From assembly GCA_004375965.1 (NCBI GenBank), contig SOIS01000152.1:1-56940 (forward strand): 56,940 nucleotides of DNA, in the 5' to 3' direction. Positions 15,161 to 24,782 of this stretch are shown here, piece after piece. The translations under genes and the position numbers were made by a program. Numbering within the stretch: position 1 is the first letter of the stretch; each line of letters begins with the position of its first letter. The notes below the pieces were generated by a model, which saw only the letters and a list, made by a program, of their open reading frames with translations, was not told where the DNA came from and made no database searches. This stretch comes from Candidatus Cloacimonadota bacterium (GTDB lineage Bacteria > Hydrothermota > E44-bin80).

Positions 15161-16387
15161 ATGAAATTTTTCGCAGACCTTCATATACATTCAAAATATA
15201 GCAGGGCAACAAGTAGTCAAATGGACCTTGAGGGTATAAGTGAAATGGCAAAACTTAAAGGAATTAAACTTATGGGGACAGGTGATTTTACTCATCCTAT
15301 CTGGTTCGCTACCCTAAAAGAGAACATTTCTACTATTGGTAATGGTCTTTTTATGTTCAATAATATATACTTTATACTCACCTGTGAAGTCAGCAATATC
15401 TATGTGAAAAATGGTAAGCTTAGGAAGATCCACAATATAATTATTACTCCCAGTCTTGATAGTGCAGAAAAGGTCGCAGATTTTCTATCGCGGTACGGTA
15501 AGACTGAGTCAGATGGAAGACCTATCATTTCCCTTGATTCAGATAGGATGTTTGAGAGAATAATGGAAATAGATGAGAGGAATTATCTTATTGCTGCACA
15601 TGTATGGACGCCCTGGTTCTCTCTTTTTGGTTCCAAATCCGGATTTGACTCGATAGAGGAATGTTTTGGAGAACATTCCCAGAAAATTTTAGCACTGGAG
15701 ACAGGGCTTTCGAGTGACCCTGAGATGAACTGGATGTGGAGCAAGATTGATAATTTTACCCTTGTCTCCAATTCTGATGCCCATTCTCCTGCAAATATTG
15801 GAAGGGAAGCAAACTGCTTTGACTGCGAAATGGATTATGATACAATAACGCACGTGATAAAGGAAGGAAATACTGATAAATTCCTTTTTACCATTGAGTT
15901 TTTTCCAGAAGAGGGGAAGTACCACTTTGATGGACACAGAAAGTGTGATATAAGTATGCATCCTAATGAGGCAAAAAGCAAGGAAAATATCTGCCCTCGA
16001 TGTGGTAGACCTTTAACAATAGGTGTTCTTCACAGGGTAATGGAATTATCTGACAGAGATTTTGGATATAAACCAGAAGGGAAAATTCCCTTCAAAAAAG
16101 TTGTTCCTCTGATGGAGATAATTGCATTAGCGGTGGAACATGGCAAAGGAACAAAGACAGTTGAAAGAAAATACAGAGAACTTATTTCCCGCCTGGGTAC
16201 AGAGTTTGAGATACTTCTTGATGTTGAATATGAGGATATAAAAAAGGTTACAGATAGGAGTATTGCAGATGGGATATTGAAGGTTAGAAAAGGCGAGGTC
16301 GAAGTAAAAGCGGGTTACGATGGGGTTTTTGGCGATGTAAGTATCTTGGGAAGTAAAGAGGAGAAAGAACAACTTGAATTATTCTGA
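15161..16387 (+). CDS. endonuclease Q (EndoQ)-family PHP-domain nuclease
   Basis: 408 aa. N-terminus FADLHIHSKYSRATS, then NSDAHSP and GKYHFDGH. Zn-finger CPRCGRPLTIGVLHRV matches my recollection of archaeal EndoQ. The ATG directly abuts the upstream TAA. Confidence 0.7.
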   Translation: MKFFADLHIHSKYSRATSSQMDLEGISEMAKLKGIKLMGTGDFTHPIWFATLKENISTIGNGLFMFNNIYFILTCEVSNIYVKNGKLRKIHNIIITPSLDSAEKVADFLSRYGKTESDGRPIISLDSDRMFERIMEIDERNYLIAAHVWTPWFSLFGSKSGFDSIEECFGEHSQKILALETGLSSDPEMNWMWSKIDNFTLVSNSDAHSPANIGREANCFDCEMDYDTITHVIKEGNTDKFLFTIEFFPEEGKYHFDGHRKCDISMHPNEAKSKENICPRCGRPLTIGVLHRVMELSDRDFGYKPEGKIPFKKVVPLMEIIALAVEHGKGTKTVERKYRELISRLGTEFEILLDVEYEDIKKVTDRSIADGILKVRKGEVEVKAGYDGVFGDVSILGSKEEKEQLELF

Positions 16388-16449
16388 AAAGATAATCGTT
16401 TGTATAAGATCCCAGACAGAAAGTACGATAAATATTTAGGGAGTGGTTA

Positions 16450-16938
16450 ATGGAGAAAATCTGGGCGCCCTGGCGTAGTAAGTATATTTTTAATAAGGAA
16501 GAGGAAGAAGGTTGTATACTCTGCAACAGGTTAAAAAAGGAGAAGGATGAGGAGAATTACATTCTTTGCAGGAGAGAAAAAACATTCATAATCATGAATA
16601 TTTTCCCTTACAACAATGGACATCTAATGGTAGCACCATATAAACATACCGCACTTCTTGAAGATCTTGATGAGGAAGGAGGTAAGGAGCTCTTTACAAC
16701 CATTGCCCTAGGTGTAAAAATTCTTAAAACTTCTCTAAAACCAGATGGTTTTAATCTTGGAATGAATCTTGGAAGGGTTGCTGGTGCAGGGATAGAGGAT
16801 CATCTTCATATCCATATTGTTCCGAGATGGAATGGTGATACAAATTTTATGCCCGTTCTTGCTGATACTAAAATACTATCTGTTTCACTCGATGAAGTAT
16901 ACAGACTATTAAGAAAAACATTAGACAACCTATTATGA
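16450..16938 (+). CDS. HIT family nucleotide hydrolase/transferase
   Basis: 162 aa. Histidine triad HLHIHIVPR. Confidence 0.85.
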   Translation: MEKIWAPWRSKYIFNKEEEEGCILCNRLKKEKDEENYILCRREKTFIIMNIFPYNNGHLMVAPYKHTALLEDLDEEGGKELFTTIALGVKILKTSLKPDGFNLGMNLGRVAGAGIEDHLHIHIVPRWNGDTNFMPVLADTKILSVSLDEVYRLLRKTLDNLL

Positions 16939-17348
16939 TTGAGTGGACATCAATCCCCTGTAGGATCGGAGGGAAGAAAAATATTATTGCCATTGTTATA
17001 CCTATTATTGTCTGGACCTTAATTCTTCTTTTCTGGGGAGTAGGTTGGTTCATTCTTTCACTTATCCTTGTGGGTTGTTCCATTCTTCCCTATTTTCTAC
17101 CAACAAGGTATATACTTACAAGGGATACCATTGTAGTAAAATCATTTTTCACAAAGCAGAAAAAGAGGTGGGAAGATTACAGAAGTTTTTATGTAGATAA
17201 AAATGGAGTCCTTCTAAGCCCCTTCAAGAAACATTCGAGACTTGAAAATTTCAGGGGCATTTATATTCGCTTCCACAAGAACAATGATGAGGTTGTCAAA
17301 TTCATCAAGGATATAATGGAGAAAGAGAATGAGACGGAAGACGTTTAG
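16935..17348 (+). CDS. hypothetical membrane protein
   Basis: 137 aa. Two N-terminal TM helices and a basic soluble C-terminal half. A 4-nt ATGA overlap joins it to the HIT gene. Confidence 0.6.
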   Translation: MIEWTSIPCRIGGKKNIIAIVIPIIVWTLILLFWGVGWFILSLILVGCSILPYFLPTRYILTRDTIVVKSFFTKQKKRWEDYRSFYVDKNGVLLSPFKKHSRLENFRGIYIRFHKNNDEVVKFIKDIMEKENETEDV

Positions 17349-18834
17349 TGATATTGAGTTCCTCTCGGAGATAGTTGAGTCAATCTTTTCATCAGTTGAA
17401 CTTCAGCGTACACTCAATATCATAGTAGAGAAAGCGGCTACAGTTTTGGGTGCTGATGCCTCTTCAATACTATTGATTGAGGAGGGGACAAGAGAATTAA
17501 GAATTAAAGCAAGTCACAACGTGAGCCCAGAATATGTTGAAGTATTAAAGGCTAAGGTTGGAGGGGAACTATCGGGTAATGTCGTTGCAGATAGGAAACC
17601 ATTATATATACCTGATGCCATAAAATACTTTACTGAAAGAAAAGATAAATCATCTCTTAGGTGGATAAGAAAAGAAGGACTCGTATCCATAATCTCCTTT
17701 CCAATATCTTCGAACCGAGGGGATATTGGTACGATTAATATATATTTCAGAGAACCTCATAGTTTTACAGAAGAGGAGAAAAAGGTTATTTCTATCTTTG
17801 CGGGTTTTTCCAGTATTGCCATATCTAACGCCTATTTTTCTGAGGTTGGAATGAGAAAGATAAGAGCATTAGAAGCATTAAATCTTATAGGTCAAAAAAT
17901 TTCATCTATTTCTGACTTTGAAAGCCTTGTTGAAGTTGTATATGGTGAGACATCAAAAATAATGAAAACAGAAAATTTCTATCTTGCTCTTTACAATATG
18001 AATGAGAATGAAGTACAGTTCATAATCTATGTTGAAGAAGGAAAGAGAAAAAAAACAGGTAAAAGAAAATTGCAAAATGGATTAACAGAATATATAATTA
18101 GAACAAAGAACCCCCTTCTTTTACTTAATAATGTAAATGAAAAATTAAAGGAATTAGAAATAAACGCAATTGGAAGACCTGCAAAGTGCTGGCTTGGTGT
18201 TCCCATTCTTTATGGAACGAAGGTTCTTGGCGTTATTGGAGTACAGGACTTTGAAAAAGAGGATGTTTATGATGAAGACGATATGAATGTTCTTTTTACA
18301 GTAGCTAGCCAGACAGCTGTAGCAATTGAGAAAAGCCGACTCTACGAAGAGACCCTCAGGATGGCAGTTACGGATCCTATGACAGGACTTTATAATATTA
18401 GACAATTTTACAAAGTACTTAAACTTGAGGTGGAACGCTCTAAGAGATATAACCTGAGTTTTTCCATTTTGATTATTGATATAGACAATTTCAAGGAGTG
18501 TAATGACAAATATGGGCATCTCCTCGGAGATAAACTTCTCAAATTATATGGACAATTTCTTGTTAATAACTCGAGAAACGTAGATACTGTTGCGAGATAT
18601 GGTGGTGATGAGTTTGTTATCGTTTTACCTCAAACAGACAAATCTAATGCTGTACATCTATCTCAAAGGATAAGCAACAAGCTAAAAGAGTATACATTTA
18701 ACGTAAATACTAAGAAGATTTCTTTGACGGTAACAATAGGAAAGGCATCTTTCCCTCAAGATGGCAAAACATATGTAGAAGTAATGAGAAAAGCAGACAA
18801 AAACCTCCTTAAGAGAAAGAAGGAAAAAGAATAA
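17329..18834 (+). CDS. diguanylate cyclase with two GAF-like sensor domains (GAF-GAF-GGDEF)
   Basis: 501 aa. C-terminal GGDEF domain with RYGGDEFVIVLP. Upstream GAF-like repeats. Confidence 0.85.
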   Translation: MRRKTFSDIEFLSEIVESIFSSVELQRTLNIIVEKAATVLGADASSILLIEEGTRELRIKASHNVSPEYVEVLKAKVGGELSGNVVADRKPLYIPDAIKYFTERKDKSSLRWIRKEGLVSIISFPISSNRGDIGTINIYFREPHSFTEEEKKVISIFAGFSSIAISNAYFSEVGMRKIRALEALNLIGQKISSISDFESLVEVVYGETSKIMKTENFYLALYNMNENEVQFIIYVEEGKRKKTGKRKLQNGLTEYIIRTKNPLLLLNNVNEKLKELEINAIGRPAKCWLGVPILYGTKVLGVIGVQDFEKEDVYDEDDMNVLFTVASQTAVAIEKSRLYEETLRMAVTDPMTGLYNIRQFYKVLKLEVERSKRYNLSFSILIIDIDNFKECNDKYGHLLGDKLLKLYGQFLVNNSRNVDTVARYGGDEFVIVLPQTDKSNAVHLSQRISNKLKEYTFNVNTKKISLTVTIGKASFPQDGKTYVEVMRKADKNLLKRKKEKE

Positions 18835-18871
18835 CTTCTTATATTCCCTTCTTATATCTTTAAACATTCAT

Positions 18872-19390
18872 TTACCCTTTATTGTTGAACTTTGTGCTAT
18901 TCTGCCCTTTTCCATTTATCCTTGCACTGTGTTGTTTGGGCTTTGGGTTACGTCGTTTGTTTGGGATTCGCCATTTGGGATGTGGAGGGTCGGATAGTTT
19001 ATAACCTTTGTCCTTTACCCACTTCACTTTATAATATGTATTGAGATAATCCCAAGCCCAGGGATTGCATCTTTGAAGACGATCAATTGCCATAAGAGAA
19101 CCCTTTATAACACCCCATTTTTTTATTGCCTCATACGCATAATGCGAACATGATGGAGTAAAGTTGCATGCATCCCCTTGCTGGTCAGAAAGAATGAGTT
19201 GATATACTTTGATTGTACCAAGAAGGGAAACCTTCCCTGCTAAAAATTTCTTTTCTTTTTCTTCTATGGGTGTTCTCTTTGAGAAATCCCACATCTCATT
19301 TTCATTTGGGTGTAGATAATTACAAATGGTGATCAAAAAGAGGAAGCAAATGATTATTTTTGCTCTTACAATTGTTTTTTTATTTCCCAT
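18872..19390 (-). CDS. yidD: YidD-family membrane protein insertion efficiency factor, extended form
   Basis: 172 aa. Core CNFTPSCSHYAYEAIKKWGVIKGSLMAIDRLQRCNPW, plus an N-terminal TM segment and a basic Pro/Lys/Asn-rich tail. Confidence 0.75.
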   Translation of the reverse strand: MGNKKTIVRAKIIICFLFLITICNYLHPNENEMWDFSKRTPIEEKEKKFLAGKVSLLGTIKVYQLILSDQQGDACNFTPSCSHYAYEAIKKWGVIKGSLMAIDRLQRCNPWAWDYLNTYYKVKWVKDKGYKLSDPPHPKWRIPNKRRNPKPKQHSARINGKGQNSTKFNNKG

Positions 19391-19426
19391 TGTTATGGTC
19401 TCTGTCTAAGGTTTTCGTTTAATAAT

Positions 19427-21112
19427 TCACATTGGTTCATTGAATAAAGATGGTCTTGTATCAGCAATTGTTGGGACTCCCGCACTATTTATAAAATAAA
19501 CAATGTCAAGGGTTACAGGCTTTCCATCAAGACCAACCCAGGTTTGATAATCACTTTTCATTTCAATTCTTTTCGATTCGCCTGTTTCAGGATTTACATA
19601 CGTATATACACCTTTAAATAGCGATACATTCTGAGCAAGAAAAAGTGGAGGAGAATTACCAGAACCAAAGGGTGAAAGAAGAGTAATTTCATCCTTTACC
19701 TTTTTAGTAAGCTTTTCAAGTGGTAAAATATCTACTATTCGCATCTCTCTACTTTTTTCATCTTCATCCGACATTTCAGGAAAATCCTGGATAAGGAGTT
19801 TCCTTAGGGTATCCAGATTTTCGCGTTTCATTTTAAACCCGCAGGCAGGCTTATGACCTCCAAAGGAAAGAAACAGGTGGCTTTGTTTTGAAAGAATTTT
19901 ATGAATGTTAAATCCCTGTGGAGCCCGTGCTTCGCCAATTGTATAATTATCTTTATCCCCTGTAATAATAACTGGTCTGTTGAACCTCTCTTTTAATCGA
20001 GATGCACAGAAACCAAGATAATCAAATGGGACATTAGGTTCATAAACAAAAATTATTCTTTCTTTTGTATTCTCGTCTATGGAGGTAAAAATCCTCCTGA
20101 AATTTTCATTGGCGATAGAATGCCATTCTTCGCTTTGTTGTATGAGTTGAGAAATCGTTTTATTAAGATAATCTTCATTTTTTTCCGTAAGTATTCTGAA
20201 ACCAACATTTTCTCCCCATCCTTTTGTCTTTGCCGTAGAGAGCACTGAAATCATTCTCTGTATCATTTCTTCATCGCAGTTGGTTTCTTTGCATAACATT
20301 TCAGTTAGAATTCTGATTCCCATCCTCTCTGTTTTGCGAAGTGATTTGTAACCAAGGTTTGAGAGAATCCAGTTTTCGTCCTTTAAAGGAACCCTATCTG
20401 CATAGGTTCCAAGAAAAATAAGTGGATACCAATCCTTTACAACACTTTCCCATTCTTTATTGTTTAATGCAAGCAACTCTTTTGTGATGAACCAACCTAA
20501 CTTAAAAGCAACGGTTACGCCTGCTATATTGCGGTAAGGGTATGATGAATCATTTCTTTTTGGGTTTATGAGCGGAAAATCTTTTTTACCTTCCATTAGC
20601 ACTTCATGATGGTCTGTAACAACAACATCAATACCCGTTTTTTTTGCTACCATAATTTTGTCCCAATCAGATGATGAGCAATCAACCGTTATAATCAATG
20701 TGCACCCCATCTTGTGTGCCTTTTTTATGCCAGGGATGTTCAGTCCAATTCCTTCATCCCTCCTGCTTGGTATGTGATAGAAAACCCTGGCATTCAGATT
20801 TCTAAGAAGTTCAAATAAAAAAACAGTTGCAGTTATACCATCTGTATCCTCATCACCCCATATAAGTATTCTTTCTCCATCTTTTATTGCTTTACGTATT
20901 CTTTCAAAACCAGTTTCTATGTCAGGAAGTAGCGAAGCCGGATGAAGGTAATCAATCCCTGGAGAAAGGAGTTTTTTTATCTCTCCTTCAGTTTCAATTC
21001 CCATTTCGACAAGAACCTTTGAGAAGTTTAGAGAGAAATTGTATTTTTTCTGAATTTCTTCAACTCTCTTTTTATCTAAACTAACTATATGCCATTTCTG
21101 TAGAGGTGTCAT
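19427..21112 (-). CDS. recJ: single-stranded-DNA-specific exonuclease RecJ
   Basis: 561 aa. DHH motifs (GDEDTDGITA, TDHH) and DHHA1 GGHKPACG. Confidence 0.9.
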   Translation of the reverse strand: MTPLQKWHIVSLDKKRVEEIQKKYNFSLNFSKVLVEMGIETEGEIKKLLSPGIDYLHPASLLPDIETGFERIRKAIKDGERILIWGDEDTDGITATVFLFELLRNLNARVFYHIPSRRDEGIGLNIPGIKKAHKMGCTLIITVDCSSSDWDKIMVAKKTGIDVVVTDHHEVLMEGKKDFPLINPKRNDSSYPYRNIAGVTVAFKLGWFITKELLALNNKEWESVVKDWYPLIFLGTYADRVPLKDENWILSNLGYKSLRKTERMGIRILTEMLCKETNCDEEMIQRMISVLSTAKTKGWGENVGFRILTEKNEDYLNKTISQLIQQSEEWHSIANENFRRIFTSIDENTKERIIFVYEPNVPFDYLGFCASRLKERFNRPVIITGDKDNYTIGEARAPQGFNIHKILSKQSHLFLSFGGHKPACGFKMKRENLDTLRKLLIQDFPEMSDEDEKSREMRIVDILPLEKLTKKVKDEITLLSPFGSGNSPPLFLAQNVSLFKGVYTYVNPETGESKRIEMKSDYQTWVGLDGKPVTLDIVYFINSAGVPTIADTRPSLFNEPM

Positions 21113-21797
21113 AAAGTTTTATCCTCCCAAATCTTTTTCTCTGAATAATTCTTATTTTTTGTATTTTAACAAGTTCCAGGACTGCAATAAAGGTTACTAT
21201 AATCTCTTCTATCTCTTTTTTCTCTATCAATTCACTAAAAAATAGTACTCTCTTTTCGGTAATCTTTATTATAATATATTCCATTTTCTCTTTTATATCA
21301 AACTTTGTTCCTATGATAGAATATACAGGTCTAATCCTAGTTCTTTTCAGTATATCTAAGAGGATGCTATTTATTTCCTTATATGTTAAGGTATTTAGTC
21401 CACTAATATGTATTCTTCGTTCACAAGTGATTCCCCTTGGGAAGCATCGTATCGCTTTACTCTCTTTCTCTTTTAAAAAAAGCGATATATTTTTGAATTT
21501 CTCATACTCCTTTAGTTTTCTAACAAGGATTTCAGCTTCATCTTTCGTCTCCTCTATTTCTGTAAAATCATGATGGGGGAGGATGGACCTGACTTTTATC
21601 TTTATCAGCGTGGCAGCCATTACTATGTATTCACCTGCAATATTAAGGTCTATCTCTTGAAGCATTGTAAGATACTCAAGATACTCGCGAGTTATCTGTG
21701 CTAAGGAGATTGTTTTTATGTCCAGTTCATTCTTTCTGATGAGATAAAGAAGAAGATCGAGTGGACCCTCAAAATTTGGCAGTTTTAATCTTAACAT
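21081..21797 (-). CDS. scpA: segregation and condensation protein A (kleisin)
   Basis: 238 aa. N-terminus LKLPNFEGPLDLLLYLIRKNELDI. Confidence 0.9.
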   Translation of the reverse strand: MLRLKLPNFEGPLDLLLYLIRKNELDIKTISLAQITREYLEYLTMLQEIDLNIAGEYIVMAATLIKIKVRSILPHHDFTEIEETKDEAEILVRKLKEYEKFKNISLFLKEKESKAIRCFPRGITCERRIHISGLNTLTYKEINSILLDILKRTRIRPVYSIIGTKFDIKEKMEYIIIKITEKRVLFFSELIEKKEIEEIIVTFIAVLELVKIQKIRIIQRKRFGRIKLYDTSTEMAYS

Positions 21798-23788
21798 TAT
21801 TCTTTGCTCCCGACTAATTCAAAAAGACGAACTTTTTGTTTTTTACCTCTTACCTTTACTTCTCCGATCTCAACTACTTTAGCCTTTTCCTTGATTCTCT
21901 CATATACAGATTCAGTGATAAGAATATGTGTGTTGAACTCCTTGTTCAGTGGTTCAATTCTTGCTCCAAGATTAACAATATCACCTATTGCAGTATATTC
22001 TGTCCTTCGCACCGAGCCGATGTTTCCAACAATAGCAACTCCTGAACTTATACCGACCCCTATGTCGAAGGTATGTTTACCTTCCTTTTCCCACTTTTCC
22101 CACAATTTCTTTAGGGCTTCTCTCATCCCGAGTGCTGCTTTTGCTGCTCTATAAGCATGGTCTTCATATGGAATGGGTGCACCGAAAACAGCCATTATAG
22201 CATCACCTATAAATTTATCAATTGTTCCTCCCCAAGAAAGAATAATGTCTGTCATTGCTGCCAGGTAATCGTTGAGTATACTTACAACTGCTTCGGGCTC
22301 CATCGATTCTGACATACTTGTAAAACCTCTAATATCGGAGAAAAGGACTGTAATATCTTTCCTTTCTCCACCAAGTTTTAATTGGAGAGGGTTGGAGATA
22401 ATTTCCTCAACTATTTCCGTCGAAACATAACGGTCAAACATTCTTCTTAATTCTCTCTTACTCCTTTCAATGATGGTATATCTATACCCTATTGCGACAA
22501 TATAGGAGAAAACCAGTGCATAGGACGGCCTTACAATTTCAAACCAGATATTTTTTATATCAAAAAGAATATCACATGTGACAAGGAAACTGATAAAAAC
22601 TATTATTGTTAGGATTAAGCTTAACCAGGGTTTTAATTTAAATGCAAGATATGTAGTTATGATTGAAAGGGTCAATACTAATAGCAATGTTACAGGAATT
22701 GTAGGATAATGTATGAAGCATCTATTCATAAGGGTGTATAGTGCATTCGCATGGATTTCAACACCTGGCATCATGTTTCTTGAGGCAGGTGTAGGTTTCA
22801 AGTCACTGAGAGCAACTGCAGAGGAACCAATGAGAACAATTTTTCCCTTGAAGAATCCTTTTCCAACACGTCTCTTTAACACATCATAGAATGAGATATA
22901 ACGGAAACTGAAAGGTTTACCAAGAAAATTGATGAGCATCCGTGCTTCCTCATCTACAGGGATTTTACAGTTATCGAGCTTAGCATATTTACCTGGAATG
23001 ATCTCTATCTTCTTTTTTCCAAGTCTTGAAGCATGTAAGAAGATTACGAAAGAAAATGATGGATATGTATCTCTCTTAAATCGGTAGAAAAGTGGGATTC
23101 TTCTAATTATGCCATCAATATCACTATCTGTGTTTACAACACCTATATCCCTTACACCTTGTATTAAGGTCTTTGTTGGTACTGCAATACCAGCACCTTG
23201 AGGCAGTGAACTTCGAATTTTATAAGGGAATTTGTAAGAAAATTCTTTTGCATTTCGAAAGTCACCTTCCACAACATCGGAAGATTTGATAATTGCTAAA
23301 GGGAGAACTACCCTCCTTGATTTTTTTATTGAATGCATAAATTCCTCGTCAAAGCCAAGATTGCTGAGTACAATATCTATGATTTCCCTACTGTTTGCGT
23401 GAATACCTCTATTTTGAAGTTCTTTTTTTATCTGTTTTTCTTTTTTCTCTTGATAAATGCTTATTAAAGAATCTGAAATTGTATCTGGTTCAGGTAAAAG
23501 TATATCTACTCCTATTACCTTTACCTTCTCGGTGGTGAGATAATCAACAACTGATGCATAATACCATCGTGGCCAATCTCGAAACCTTCCGAGTTTTTCA
23601 ATACTGTAATCATCAATATCTACAATGATCAGATTATCAAAATCATATTTCTTTGTTCTTAAAAAAACGCGCAGGTCATATGTTTTAAGTTCAAGAGGAA
23701 AATAGAGATAGAGGAAAACGGTAGTTACGACAAAAATGAAAAGTCCGCAGAAGATTGCAAGTAAAAGAGTAATAAATATCCTCTTCAT
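21797..23788 (-). CDS. CHASE2-domain membrane adenylate/guanylate cyclase (class III)
   Basis: 663 aa. N-terminal TM helix, a periplasmic CHASE2-like region, three TM helices, and a cyclase domain (FSDIRGFTSMSE, KFIGDAIMAVFG). Confidence 0.85.
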   Translation of the reverse strand: MKRIFITLLLAIFCGLFIFVVTTVFLYLYFPLELKTYDLRVFLRTKKYDFDNLIIVDIDDYSIEKLGRFRDWPRWYYASVVDYLTTEKVKVIGVDILLPEPDTISDSLISIYQEKKEKQIKKELQNRGIHANSREIIDIVLSNLGFDEEFMHSIKKSRRVVLPLAIIKSSDVVEGDFRNAKEFSYKFPYKIRSSLPQGAGIAVPTKTLIQGVRDIGVVNTDSDIDGIIRRIPLFYRFKRDTYPSFSFVIFLHASRLGKKKIEIIPGKYAKLDNCKIPVDEEARMLINFLGKPFSFRYISFYDVLKRRVGKGFFKGKIVLIGSSAVALSDLKPTPASRNMMPGVEIHANALYTLMNRCFIHYPTIPVTLLLVLTLSIITTYLAFKLKPWLSLILTIIVFISFLVTCDILFDIKNIWFEIVRPSYALVFSYIVAIGYRYTIIERSKRELRRMFDRYVSTEIVEEIISNPLQLKLGGERKDITVLFSDIRGFTSMSESMEPEAVVSILNDYLAAMTDIILSWGGTIDKFIGDAIMAVFGAPIPYEDHAYRAAKAALGMREALKKLWEKWEKEGKHTFDIGVGISSGVAIVGNIGSVRRTEYTAIGDIVNLGARIEPLNKEFNTHILITESVYERIKEKAKVVEIGEVKVRGKKQKVRLFELVGSKE

Positions 23789-24699
23789 TGAAGAACTACC
23801 CCCTCAAGGAGAGATGCAACAAATGTGTCTGGCTCAAACTCAATAAGATCATCGACATCTTCTCCAATTCCGATATACCGTATTGGAATGCCAAGTTCAA
23901 GCGAAATAGCGAATACGATACCACCTTTTGCAGTTCCGTCAATTTTAGTGAGGATTGTTCCTGTTACATCTAATACATCTTTGAAAATCTTTGCCTGAGA
24001 GAGGGCGTTCTGACCTGTGGTTGCGTCCAGAATGAGAAAAATCTCCTGAGGTAGGTCTTCTCTTTTTTTGCTCAGGACATTTTTCATCTTTTTTAATTCC
24101 TCCATTAAATTCTTCTTTGTATGTAACCTCCCTGCAGTATCGATAAGAACTACCGTATATTCTTTCGTAAAAGCTGATTCGATTGCATCGAAAGCAATAG
24201 AAGCAGGGTCCTGTCCTATCTGTGATTTTAAGATATCAACACCAATATTCCTTCCCCAGAGATATAATTGTTCAACACCTGCAGCTCGATATGTGTCTGC
24301 AGCCACGAGAAGCACATGTTCACCTTTATCCTTAAAGTGCTTTGCAAGTTTAGCAAGAGTAGTGGTTTTTCCCGTCCCATTTACCCCCACCGTAAGTATT
24401 GTATAAGGATGAATAATTTCTTCCTCCTTTTTTTCAGAACTAATAAGTAGATTGATAAGGATTTGAGATAAAAGAGGTATTACATCTTCTCTTTTTTCAT
24501 GCTCTTTTCTTCTTTCTTTTAAGCGCGCTATAATCTCATTTGTTGCCTTTACACCAACGTCTGAGGATAGTAAAATCTCCTCGAATACTGGGATGCTGCT
24601 TTCAAAATCTTTATCAAAGAAGATACCAGTAGAAAGGAAAGCTTCGTGTATTTTTTCTCTTGTCTTACTTAATCCCATCCGTATTTTCTCAAGAAGCAT
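23785..24699 (-). CDS. ftsY: signal recognition particle receptor FtsY
   Basis: 304 aa. NG domain with GVNGTGKTTTLAKLA, DTAGR and TKIDG. An alternative start is MGLSKT at 24678. Confidence 0.95.
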   Translation of the reverse strand: MLLEKIRMGLSKTREKIHEAFLSTGIFFDKDFESSIPVFEEILLSSDVGVKATNEIIARLKERRKEHEKREDVIPLLSQILINLLISSEKKEEEIIHPYTILTVGVNGTGKTTTLAKLAKHFKDKGEHVLLVAADTYRAAGVEQLYLWGRNIGVDILKSQIGQDPASIAFDAIESAFTKEYTVVLIDTAGRLHTKKNLMEELKKMKNVLSKKREDLPQEIFLILDATTGQNALSQAKIFKDVLDVTGTILTKIDGTAKGGIVFAISLELGIPIRYIGIGEDVDDLIEFEPDTFVASLLEGVVLQ

Positions 24700-24782
24700 T
24701 GTATTTGTAATCAGATATTTTTGAGCAAGTAACTGCTTTTTACAGATGTAGAGGCGTTCAATTGAACACCCCTACCGATCTC

